From Albugo candida (lineage: Eukaryota), in contig JBDOQK010000058.1 in the NCBI GenBank assembly GCA_040437565.1, positions 62,001 to 126,000 of the forward strand: DNA of 64,000 nucleotides. The letters are read 5' to 3'. Positions 12,665-24,198 of the stretch are shown here, piece after piece. The position numbers were made by a program, and so were the translations under genes. Numbering within the stretch: position 1 is the first letter of the stretch; every line of letters starts with the position of its first letter. The notes under the pieces are model-generated. The model did not search any database, had not been told where the DNA came from, and worked only from the letters and a program-made list of their open reading frames with translations.

Positions 12665-15600
12665 ATGAATCCAAGTAATGGAAATCCTGGCTCACAGTAT
12701 CCTCGTCATCGTCACCCAAACTCGACAGCAAATACCCCATCAACTGCAGGTGGCTCGGGACCACCCAATGCCGTGAAAAGTCATTTATCTGGACAACCAG
12801 CGTATCAACCTCAATATAACGCTGCTTACGGAGGGCATCATATGATGAATCACCAGAGATCCTCGCGCACAGGTACACATGAATGGCGCTTATTTCCTGG
12901 AACTATTTATCACGTGAGAAATGTAGAGTATCGCGCCAAAGGAACTGGTGCTCATTCCAATCGGATAGAAAATGCACCTGTTCCTAGCGGTGAAAATGCA
13001 CCAATGGGTAGAGGGCCTACTAGCGGAAATACGATCGACGGACAGGGTGGAAATTATCCCTCAGACTCACAGCCACAAGAACCAAAAAGCGTATGTGCTC
13101 GTAATGTACCTTCTTGCATGTAATTATCTCATTATTATTGATGCGATGTAGTATGCGAAGAGCGGTGTAGATGGCAGTCAAGATTATGGAAACACATCAA
13201 ACGTATGGAACTCCAATAATGTTTCGGAAGCAATGCACAAAGATGCAAATAAAAGCGTTGAAGGCAGCACACCGACGACCATGAGTCAGACGGCAGCTCC
13301 CTCACACACACCGAGGTACCCGTATCAAAATCCTCGTGGAAATCGAAACTATGGCCGCAACATGTCAGGGGGATACATTTCCCCAGGAGGATTTATCCCT
13401 CGTGGAAATGAGCAGCACTTTATCCCGCCAATGCAGCCATCCATGAGCTCTGCTTCAATGTACAGTAATCCGTTTGGCTTTGCAAATGTGCATTATACGC
13501 ACTATAACATGGAAATGGGTGGTGGCATGTACAACACACATGCCCCTCAGCATACTTATCCTGCCACCAAACCACAAGCAGCACCTGCGCGTCGAGAGAG
13601 AAAAGCATTAGATATCATCAATCCAGCCACTGGAGCTAAAATTGTTGACGCCCAAGCTGTGAACAAAATAGCGAACGAGCCAGCGGACCAGAAGAAAAAG
13701 GTTGTGGATTCCATAATCGCGCCCGATACAGATAAAGTCAAAAGACCAGATGGTAAAGAACCAGTGCCAGTGCAAACGAAAAGCAAAGCTATCGATGACA
13801 AAAAAACTGAAATTCATCCGAATGTCGATGTCAAAAAAGTCGGTGCAAAAGCGGAAGACAGTGCTTGTGCTCCAGTTGTCCTGAAGAAAGAGACTCTAGT
13901 GATCCCTCCTACTGAAAAAGTGGAGAAACCAAAAAAAGGAGAAGTGAAAAGTCCTTCCTCTTCTGCAAGCTCTTCGTGTCAACCAGAAGTTCAGGCTTTG
14001 ATGTTTGGTACTATCTCGGTTCCTGAAATCGTCATTCCCGTGAAAAAGGATGTGAAGAAGAAAGAAGTTGAAGATAAACTTGCCTCTGGCACCTCGGCTT
14101 CAAAGCAAAAAGCGGACTCGGCTGAAGGTCCACGACATACCGAGATAAAAGATCAGAAGCAGACTCTTCAGCAAAAGACTTCCTCAACAAAGGCGAACAG
14201 ACAAGAGACTGTATCGCATGTCACAAAGAAAGCTGAAAACCTGAAAGCGCTGATCGAGCCAAAGGACGTAATTGTGCCGAAAAAGCCACAAAGCGCTCAG
14301 ATTGAAGAAGATACGAAATCATCGGCCAAGGCCGTGGAAGTAGAATGTAAGGCTGTTTCTGAGACAAAAAGCAGCTCGAAACTCAATGAAAAAGAAGCTG
14401 TGGTTCCGAAGAAACCCGTAACGATACCAAAAACGAATGGCAGATTTGTGTACAGCATGGAATTCCTGATTCAGTAAGACCTTCTAGTCGTACTTTCAGA
14501 CTTTGTAATTGCTTACTTTTGTCTGTTAGATTTCGCGATCAGTTCACAGATATTCCCAGCGGTCCAAACACTCCCGTTTGGCCATCTATGGACATTGTAC
14601 CTGAAGGTGCAAGTCGATCAGGTCGTGGTAATAAAGGTGGAAATGCAGGTTGGGATCGAGGAGACAAATCTTCTCGCCAGAGTGGTCGTGGAGGACCGTC
14701 AAGTAATGGAGGAAGTAACTGGCAACGACCTCATGATTCGAAACGTGGACGAGGTGATCGTGGAAACCGTGGAAATAGTGGTGGACGGGGAGGTCCTGAC
14801 ATACCATACGACCTCCCGTTAGAACCTTTGGAACGATCCGAGAATCGCTGGATACCAACGAAATCGACCACTAGACTCGAAGAAACTCGCAAAAACGTTC
14901 AAAGTATAATGAACAAGATGACACGCGAGAAATTTGATCCTCTAGCAGCCAAATTAGCATCTATTGATATGGAAAGTCGTGAAACGCTGGAAGCCGTTAT
15001 CCAAATGATATTCGATAAAGCTCTAAGTGAGCCTCATTTCTGTGACATGTACGCGGATCTTTGTGCTTATTTGGCTCAACAATGGCTCTCTTGGTCGTTT
15101 ATCAGAGTGGTCAAGAAAGTGGATCATGATCTCTTCTACTGGACTGTGATGCCCGAATCAGATTCTGACGTTGTCGGTCCATTTCCTTCGATTCCTGAGA
15201 TTCTCGATTCCGCCATAAGCGAAGACATTCAACCAATTCCCGCTCCATCAAACATGACGTTGCACGATGCTTGTATATATCGTCATAAATTTGTGAAAAT
15301 ATGGATTGTGGAGGAAGATGCATCCCCTCCATCGTACTTTTGGTCTGGTGAGGACGTCGAAGATTTGAATGAGGCAAAAACGATGTTTGGGCCGTATCCT
15401 ACGACGGAGGAAGCTGGTGTTTCTACTGAAAAAATGTCCTTCAAACGTATTCTGGTGAATTCGTGTCGGGAAGAATTCGAAAAAGACAACATTTACGAAG
15501 AGCTTGAATCGAAATTTCATGCCGCAAAAAACGAAGAAAAAGTAACAGCGGAAATGGAAGCAGAGTATGAAGAGAAGAGGATGCAGATGAAAAGACGTAT

Positions 15601-17549
15601 GCTTGGGAACATTCGCTTTATCGGAGAATTATTTCGTAAAGGCTTACTGAAAGAGACAATCATGCACTATTGTCTATGCAAATTGATGAGCACGGAAGCT
15701 CGAAATGTGTCCAAAACTCGCACAGAATTAGTGGCGGTCCACCCCGACCAAGCTCCCGATGAGGAGAATATCGAGTCTTTATGCAAACTCTTGGCCACGA
15801 TAGGGAAGGATTTAGAGCGACGTGTAGGTGTGGAGACGATGGACATTTACTTTCGGTATTTGGAGACAAATTTGGCAAAAGATGAACGACTTTGTTCTCG
15901 AATGAGATTCATGCTACATGACACAATTGATTTGAGAAAAAATCGATGGGAACCGCGACGTCAGGTATTAGTAACGAAAACGTTGACAGAAATTCGGAAG
16001 GAAGCGGAACGGGAACAGCGCACGGGCGGATCTAACTCTGGTAATGGTGGTTTTCCTCGTTCGGAATCTGCTCGAATGGATAATCGTCGATCAGCACCAA
16101 ACCGTGAATCCTTTTCAAATCGCTCTACATCCTTCCAGCAGCACAATTCAAATCGTAGCGGTGGCCTACCAAAAAATGCGATAAGTCTCGACCGGATGCG
16201 GAATGCAAATTCTGCCAGAGATGATTCGAATCGGTCAGGACCTCTTGGACGTCCAGCCATTTTCATGGCTACTTCTAAACGTGGAAGTGCGCGTAAAGCA
16301 CAATCAAACGCTAGCAGCGTTCCCGAGGTAGAAAATGCCAGGTCGGATATGAATGCTGAGGAGAGCAACGAGTCATGCGTCGCGTCACCAACTGAGTGCA
16401 CAACACAAAGTCTTACTGACGAAGAAGTGGCGTTTATCATCAAAAAGTCGAAATCGATCGCTGCAGAGTATTTGTCTATCTTGGATGTTGATGAGGCAGA
16501 AGCGTGCTTCGTGGAAGTACAAAAGGAGCTGGACGGGCGGGAGAATATTGCCGAGGAATTCAGTTCGGCTCTTTTGAAATCAGCTGTGGAAGCGAAACAA
16601 GCAGATCGTGAGAAAATGTTTGACCTTTTGGAAGCATTGGTTATCAGCAAGCGGGTCATTGTAGTCAAGGCGATTCAATTTGCGATCCGGCAATTATTAC
16701 GATCCGCATGTGATTTATGGTGTGATGTGCCCAAGCTTCATGAACTGCTGGGCTCATTCATGACGCGTTTCTTCGATACATTGGACTCGGACGATATTTC
16801 GATCGATTGGTTGCTATCCGGCTGCGGGCAGACTTTAGATTCGACAACGATGGGAAATCTGATCACGTCGGGTTTTCTGTCGAAAATTTGTGGAGTGTAT
16901 CTTCGACGCACGAAAGCAATCAACATTGCAAAAACTATGGCAATGGCACGTGCAACCATGATATGCTATTTGGTCATGTTTCCATCATCACGACCACGAG
17001 GACCGCAATTGGAAAAATGGCTTCAAGAGAACGATCTCGTCGACGTTTTTGAAATGTTGCAGCCTGCGTTTAAGATTGTTAGCATGCTGTCTTCATCATC
17101 GGCGACAGAACAAGTGGTCGAGTACATTGAGCACAAGATTCCCATCAGCTTACGAAGTGATCGCTTTTTCGCGATGCATGTGTGTCTCCTTATTTTAGAG
17201 AGCATTCCTGCTGATCGACCACCTTCTGTCGAGGTTGGATTGCTACTTACCGGCTTTTGTGCTGACATCGACACAGAAGCGTATGTGGTAGCTGGAATTG
17301 TTCAAACGCAATCAGACTTTGGTATGTGCAACGTCAAGCAAACATTCAATAGATGCTAACTGTTTTGTATGAATAGACCGAGTAAAACGGCTACTCAATC
17401 ATTTGCTCAGCGATGACACGCTGCATCCGGCAGCGCTCCGAGCGTGGGTCGAGCTTGGAGAGGATCATAGTTGGAATAGAAAGCACGCGATGGCTGAATT
17501 GCGGGATTATGTTGCCGAGCAGGTTTCGAAAGCAAAGAGTAGCAATTGA
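12665..17549 (+). CDS. eIF4G: Eukaryotic translation initiation factor 4G (eIF4E-binding motif, RGG region, MIF4G, MA3, W2-like tail)
   Basis: Exons joined through introns 12873-12926 (in-frame, tentative), 13091-13151, 14474-14529 and 17322-17376. Motifs: YSMEFLI (Y-x4-L-phi), VQSIMNKMTREKF, IFDKALSEPHFCDMYADLC, RRMLGNIRFIGELF, EENIESLCKLLATIGK, SIAAEYL (MA3). Confidence 0.95.
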
Positions 17550-18929
17550 CGAGTCGTTATTTTTAAAGTTGAAGATGGATCGAAATGCTTTTTGCTTTTT
17601 GCTTTTTGTGGCGATCGTTTTTGCTGTCTGTGGTATGGACGCCCTTGACCGTCCGGTATACTAACGTGGTGAAGAGACTTGACTTCTTCATGTTTAGCGA
17701 TGCTCAATTGATTAGTTGTAGGCTTCTTCTTGCTGTGCTACCACGAGTCTGCTATGTAGGCTGCATGCACCATTCCACGAGTCTGTGACTCCTTTGGTGG
17801 GGTTTCAGTACGTGACATGCTACTGGATAACATATGTCCCGCGATTGCAGCCAAGCTTCCACGCAGCGAACGCGATGCCTTCTACTTGCTTGATCCTTGC
17901 TTAATCTGGTCATCTGAAGAAGAGAATTGAACAAGGCNNNNNNNNNNNNNNNNNNNNNNNNNNNNNNNNNNNNNNNNNNNNNNNNNNNNNNNNNNNNNNN
18001 NNNNNNNNNNNNNNNNNNNNNNNNNNNNNNNNNNNNNTTTTTGAAATGTTGCAGCCTGCGTTTAAGATTGTTAGCATGCTGTCTTCATCATCGGCGACAG
18101 AACAAGTGGTCGAGTACATTGAGCACAAGATTCCCATCAGCTTACGAAGTGATCGCTTTTTCGCGATGCATGTGTGTCTCCTTATTTTAGAGAGCATTCC
18201 TGCTGATCGACCACCTTCTGTCGAGGTTGGATTGCTACTTACCGGCTTTTGTGCTGACATCGACACAGAAGCGTATGTGGTAGCTGGAATTGTTCAAACG
18301 CAATCAGACTTTGGTATGTGCAACGTCAAGCAAACATTCAATAGATGCTAACTGTTTTGTATGAATAGACCGAGTAAAACGGCTACTCAATCATTTGCTC
18401 AGCGATGACACGCTGCATCCGGCAGCGCTCCGAGCGTGGGTCGAGCTTGGAGAGGATCATAGTTGGAATAGAAAGCACGCGATGGCTGAATTGCGGGATT
18501 ATGTTGCCGAGCAGGTTTCGAAAGCAAAGAGTAGCAATTGACGAGTCGTTATTTTTAAAGTTGAAGATGGATCGAAATGCTTTTTGCTTTTTGCTTTTTG
18601 TGGCGATCGTTTTTGCTGTCTGTGGTATGGACGCCCTTGACCGTCCGGTATACTAACGTGGTGAAGAGACTTGACTTCTTCATGTTTAGCGATGCTCAAT
18701 TGATTAGTTGTAGGCTTCTTCTTGCTGTGCTACCACGAGTCTGCTATGTAGGCTGCATGCACCATTCCACGAGTCTGTGACTCCTTTGGTGGGGTTTCAG
18801 TACGTGACATGCTACTGGATAACATATGTCCCGCGATTGCAGCCAAGCTTCCACGCAGCGAACGCGATGCCTTCTACTTGCTTGATCCTTGCTTAATCTG
18901 GTCATCTGAAGAAGAGAATTGAACAAGGC
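17046..18929. repeat. Gap-flanking direct duplication (17046-17937 = 18038-18929), likely assembly artefact
   Basis: 892 nt repeated across the gap at 17938-18037, which duplicates the eIF4G 3' end. Confidence 0.9.
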
Positions 18930-19375
18930 TAGTACTATATAGAGAAGAACAACGCCAACATGTGGTTCACTGGTCTAAGAGTACTGAAGGTCAGCGCAGT
19001 ATGCTTCCACGTTTTCAGACACAAGGGCTTTACTCTGCGGACGATGAATAGAACGATTGACAAGGTGGTGGCTTACTGCTTGGAATTTGCTGGTGTGACA
19101 AATTACGAGAATAGATCTTCTTTTCGTCAGCTTGATGATCAAGGTCGCTCGCCATCTCTGTAGGATTCGGAGTGCGATATTCTTGATAAGGATTGTCTAG
19201 TCTTGCACCGGTCGATAGATTTGTACCACAGAGTTGTCACGATTCGAATAGGCGAACGAGAGTCAATTCATACTCGGTTCATCACAAAGTGGCTAGCTTT
19301 ATTGAGACAGCTACGTATATCGAAGAAGCGAGCGCCACGAATTCTTCAAACACAGCAATACTGAACGTTGAATGA
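18567..19375 (+). CDS. Possible small secreted multi-exon protein (unresolved; first part also at 17575 in the artefactual copy)
   Basis: MDRNAFCFLLFVAIVFAVC is signal-peptide-like and is followed by a gtatgg donor and a tactaac branch site. Downstream exons cannot be joined cleanly. Confidence 0.3.
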
Positions 19376-19910
19376 TTGAGTGCACTTTTATAATTAAAGA
19401 TGCGGACTGCAAGATTACTCGCAACGCAAGCATCGTAGTCGTTTTCTTGTTACCAGAGGCCTGTGTTTTCCGAATAAGAGTTAACTAGCATGCGTCCGAG
19501 CCGACATATGCTTTAACAGAGTCGTTATACGAGAGCCTGCACAAAAAGTGGAAGTTTACATCTACGAGCCTTATTCTTGTTCATTTCAAAGTGGTCCCAA
19601 TTGGACTTCGCAGACAGATTTGTCAGTAAGGAGTTTTATTGAAAGACGGCAAGTTATATTGACATGCGTTCACTTCTCATATCCGCGCCAATGCTCGCGA
19701 TTTTGTGTGATATCCTTCCTCCAATAAAGTGCTGATATATGATTCCAGTTTTTCTCTCATGGCTCTCGTCTCGAGGTGGCCAATCTCACCTGTTACATAG
19801 CGTGACAAACCCTCTTCTAAATCGTGCGTCTGTAATGAGATGATTTTCATACATATGAAACGTGAATAAAAAATCAAAAAGAAGCAGGTGCTATCGGACC
19901 AGGACATTCC

Positions 19911-21500
19911 GTGAGGACCAACATAGCTGTAGCACTTCTCGTGTATACCAGCGCGTACAGAATCGGCATAGCCTACCATCGAGTTGCCAGAAGTGTATCC
20001 AGCGATTTGTCCGCATGCGAACTTTACGTTTGGGTTTCGAAACCACACAAGGAAAGCGAAACACTTGAAGTATTGAAAAATGTTGGCGGATATCACTGAC
20101 GATATATCGTATAACTACATCTGGTTGAGTTGTCATGACACCAGCCATACATGCTGTATATTTTCCGATCAGGTTGTCAATGTTCCAGACGAAGACAAAA
20201 GAATCTACAATATTCTGGCGAAAGAGGAAGGCAGCATTGATCGACGTGGCGATATGTCGACAAGGGCTCAATCTTCTCGCATTCAAAGCAAGCAGGAGAC
20301 GAAATAAATGCGACTTTTTGGTGCTGATATTAATATTGGGGAAAAAGAAGTAGTGGCAACATTCAATATACAAAATATAATCCGTTATGGCGCGAATTCG
20401 GTTGGTGAGAGCAGCAGGGGTAACGATCCTGCACATACTGAGGTACGTGTCAGGGAAGCAATGGCGTTTAAGAAATAGAGAGATTCAATAATTCTAGCAT
20501 AGAAGAACTTGAGACGTATTGCTTACTCCTACCGAAGGACCTGCCCGATCTATTTGTAAAGCATCAAAGAGGACGGAAAAAACGTCCCCGCAGACTTGTC
20601 CAATTTCAAGCCGTTACCTTCGGATGGTTGCGAAAGGGGAGCACAAAGCACAAATCCTACTCGAAAGAATAGAAAGGCTTATATCGTTTCATGCAGCAAT
20701 TCTCACATCAGAGACTGGAAGACCGTCGACGATCAAATCTTAACATTTTAGTTGAAAGCTCCTATAGGGCCTCCGAATGTGTGAAGTGCATACTGGAAAG
20801 TCATGAGATCACAAATTTGAGAGGAAAACGGTAGAGTATCGACTTCAGTCCCTTCGGAGCGGGTGCATATTTTTTCCTGAGTTGGTATATGTGCAGGAAA
20901 TAGTAATCAGATAGGAATATATGCGTATGGATATCAGGGTCTCTCCGAACCAGTGTGTGATCTCTTGAGAGCAAGTTGGACCGAAAGGTACAAATATATT
21001 CACAATCACGCGTCGAAGCTTTCTCATACCCTCCAGAAAAAACAACCTCGCATCCTGATGCTATCCAACATCTCAAAGCTGCAACATCGAAAGACTTGGT
21101 TTGGTTTATCCAGTTCAGAAAAGGAGATGATGAGAGGAAGAATGCATTCGAAACATTGGCATATTGTATCGCGAAAGTGAGCAAAGGAGTATGAATATGT
21201 CAAAAAGATTTGCTTTGATATCAAATTCCATTCTATCGATACACCGAGATAGGCTCTATCCCGCAGCCATCAACTTTTACAATTGTGACAAATACTTTAG
21301 GGTCCAATCGTGGGAGGTAAACAGAAAAAAACACACAAGCAAGAGAAAGAAGATGTCTGACATTGAGTAGTTCGAGGGTCATAGTCACATCCAACGGGTG
21401 GGCACTTTTTTATCCTTTTTGATTTTCAATCTCATAATGAACACTATTTGATTCCTTGCTTTACAGTCTGCTTACAAGCATGTGTCTGTCAGTAAATCCA
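19911..21500 (+). pseudogene. Decayed paralog of the CHxC/CCG effector at 22750
   Basis: Start reads ttccGTGaggacc versus ttccATGaagacc in the neighbour. Fragments in different frames match the neighbour: CQKCIQRFV~CHECIQTFV, ADITDDISYNY~AEITDDIPFEY, SDQVVNVPDEDKRIYNILAK~SDQDINVPDEDKNLHNILAK, AIQHLKAATSKDLVWFIQFRKGDDE~AIQHLQAEAPKDFVWSIQFEKGDDE. Confidence 0.85.
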
Positions 21501-21841
21501 TATAACGAGGCTTCTGTCACAAGCTACGTGTCACAATCATTAGCTTGTAAATGTGAGAATGCATTAGCGACCTCTTCCGAGAAAAATCTAAGATAGGTGT
21601 ATTGAGGGCTCTTTGTATGCACAAGTATCTACATTGGTGTAATGATATTACGGATCATGACTGTGTAAGACGACAGCATTCGGTGCAACATTTGGCACTG
21701 AATTCATTATTCGCAAGTGAGCACTTTGCTCAATGGAAGTTTAAGCGTCATTGATGCAGCTGTGGCTGTGGTTGGTAATGCCCCGCCAAGCACCCGCAAG
21801 CTTGCACTCTTTCCACAATTGGTCACATAGCCATTATTTCA

Positions 21842-22099
21842 CCCAAATCATCTATGGCTAGGTCGCTGTATCAGACGACATTATATGATCAAATTCCAAG
21901 TCAACTTTTTGCAAGAGCTCNNNNNNNNNNNNNNNNNNNNNNNNNNNNNNNNNNNNNNNNNNNNNNNNNNNNNNNNNNNNNNNNNNNNNNNNNNNNNNNN
22001 NNNNNNNNNNNNNNNNNNNNCCCAAATCATCTATGGCTAGGTCGCTGTATCAGACGACATTATATGATCAAATTCCAAGTCAACTTTTTGCAAGAGCTC
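21842..22099. repeat. Gap-flanking direct duplication (21842-21920 = 22021-22099)
   Basis: 79 nt repeated across the gap at 21921-22020. Confidence 0.9.
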
Positions 22100-22749
22100 A
22101 TATGAAGGTTTCCGGTACAAGAGGTTTTAATACGACTGACCGATTGCTTAGTGGAGCGGTTTGACTGTAAGGCTCCATTCAGAAGCCTACGATGCAATGT
22201 ATAGCTACCCAAAAGACTGGGATGTTCCCGAAAGATCAAGGACCTAGGGTGAAGTATGTGACTGAGTGGAAGTAGAGAGACTACGGGTGATTCTGACTGC
22301 TACTTAGAGGCTCTGCGTCTTGAAATATCACCATACAGTTGCTTGTGTCGGATACGGTGATGATTCTTTCACATTGCACTATCCACACGAGTTGTTTTTC
22401 GATTTCCACAGGTTTAAACGACTGAGTGTTCTACGAAAGACACATCCCAACGCAAGCAATAGAAACATACTGACTCGGCTAAGGTCTGAATATCGTCTGG
22501 ATTTGTTGCAAGAAACACCTGCATGATACGAATACCTCTATAGACACGTGAACGACTTTACATTCATAGGTCTGCGGTCTAAATGTATTCTAAATTTTAC
22601 TCAAAGAAGGATGAACCATACTTTAACCTGTCGCGCGTCTGTGGTGACGTTGTTTCAATTATACTAAAAGTGGGCAGTTGTTAACCAGTGGGAAGTGCGT
22701 GCTTGCACGATCACATAACGAGAACCACTCAGTCCTTTTTCAATATTCC

Positions 22750-24198
22750 ATGAAGACCAATAAAGCTGTAGCTGTTCTCATTGGCATTTACCGAACGCTT
22801 GATTCCAGCGGCTATCAAGTCAGCATGATTGTTCATAACGATGTTCTCAAGGATGCGGTTTGTCACGAGTGTATTCAAACATTTGTCCCGCATTCAAACT
22901 TCACGTTCGCTTTTCACGGAGCACCAGGCAAAAGTGAAAACGTGAAGATGGTCGCGGAAATCACTGACGATATTCCGTTTGAGTACGTCAAATCAATTTG
23001 TTTTGAAGAATATGAAGATACACCGCTGTTATGCAAAGCAATTTCTGACCAGGATATTAATGTTCCCGACGAAGACAAAAATCTCCACAATATTCTTGCG
23101 AAAGCTAGAGGAAGCGGTGTTGTACGCAAAGATATGTCGGCAAGAGTCCAGCTTCCTCGCAATCCGAAGCCATTACGGCTTTTTGGAGTAGATATTGATT
23201 CACAAGTAGAAGAAAGCAGCGACGAAAGGGACGATATATTGCAGAGGATCTCTGATGGTGCGGATTCGGGTCATGAGGGCAGCGTCGGTAGAAAACGTGC
23301 ATACGGTGAGAGAACAAGTCGGGGAAGTGATGGCGTCCTCAAAAGACAGAGATTTAATGATCCTGGAATGAAAGGAAGTACGACGCGTTGCTTAACGCTA
23401 GAGAAGAGAAAGTCGGAACTATGGATCCTTGGTTGCCTTCGATGCTTGGAGCCTGCTAACGGAGACGAGAGATATTTGGTTTCTAGAGACGACGGTTTTC
23501 AATGGATGCTACGTTATACTACTACCGAAACCATTGAGAATACGGAGAAGAAATGCATGAGTACATGTGGCAGCATGTATTGGGGAGACAAAAGTAAATG
23601 TCTTATAGCACGTTTTTATGGTACTGTCCAGTCCAAGTCGTCATATTCCAAAACTTTTGATGACTTTAGCTTCAGTCAGGTGTATGTCCAATACATGGAT
23701 ACAAATAAGGAAAGATGTAACGATTGTATTCGAGATATAGTTTCTACTATCCAGTACATCCACGAAGGAAAAACGCATTCTCAATTCTTTATTCAGAACT
23801 TGGGGAAACTCAGGATATGTGAGAAGAAAAAATTTTGTGCACGCATTACTGCTCAGAGACAATATGTGCAGAGTTGCATATCACGCTATCCGCAGCAACG
23901 ATCATGGACATCTCAATCTGAAGAAAATATGAATGCGGAAATTGCGTCTCCGCGAGAAAAGATTTGGTTTGCCCCATATCGCTGCATGCAGCAAACCTAC
24001 TCCTATATATCAGCCGAATCTCATCAACTCAACGGTAACATCAGGGCAATATCTCGCTACGAAGATTTCTCCCAGTGTTCGGCATGTGTACTTGCAAGTT
24101 CCGCGCTCGACTCGATGATGGAAGCGGTAAATTATCGACAGACTTCAAGTCGAAGCAGTCTCTTTTCTTTCCTAAAGCGGTATATGTGGAGGAAATAG
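22750..24198 (+). CDS. Albugo CHxC/CCG-class candidate secreted effector (C-terminally truncated; ancestral frame continues to ~24851)
   Basis: Start MKTNKAVAVLIGIY (short signal-peptide-like segment), CHEC at residue 38 (22861), CLRCLEPANG = CxxCxxxxxG (23434), further CNDC and CSAC motifs, and basic clusters RKR..KRQR. Confidence 0.75.
   Translation: MKTNKAVAVLIGIYRTLDSSGYQVSMIVHNDVLKDAVCHECIQTFVPHSNFTFAFHGAPGKSENVKMVAEITDDIPFEYVKSICFEEYEDTPLLCKAISDQDINVPDEDKNLHNILAKARGSGVVRKDMSARVQLPRNPKPLRLFGVDIDSQVEESSDERDDILQRISDGADSGHEGSVGRKRAYGERTSRGSDGVLKRQRFNDPGMKGSTTRCLTLEKRKSELWILGCLRCLEPANGDERYLVSRDDGFQWMLRYTTTETIENTEKKCMSTCGSMYWGDKSKCLIARFYGTVQSKSSYSKTFDDFSFSQVYVQYMDTNKERCNDCIRDIVSTIQYIHEGKTHSQFFIQNLGKLRICEKKKFCARITAQRQYVQSCISRYPQQRSWTSQSEENMNAEIASPREKIWFAPYRCMQQTYSYISAESHQLNGNIRAISRYEDFSQCSACVLASSALDSMMEAVNYRQTSSRSSLFSFLKRYMWRK

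Noticed and set aside
18038-18541. Second copy of the eIF4G 3' end as a real partial gene duplication
   Set aside because: It matches 17046 onward and abuts a 100-N gap, so it is an assembly overlap.
24180-24198. 19-nt GT..AG mini-intron that might rescue the effector frameshift
   Set aside because: Too short, and removing it leads to a stop within about 8 codons.
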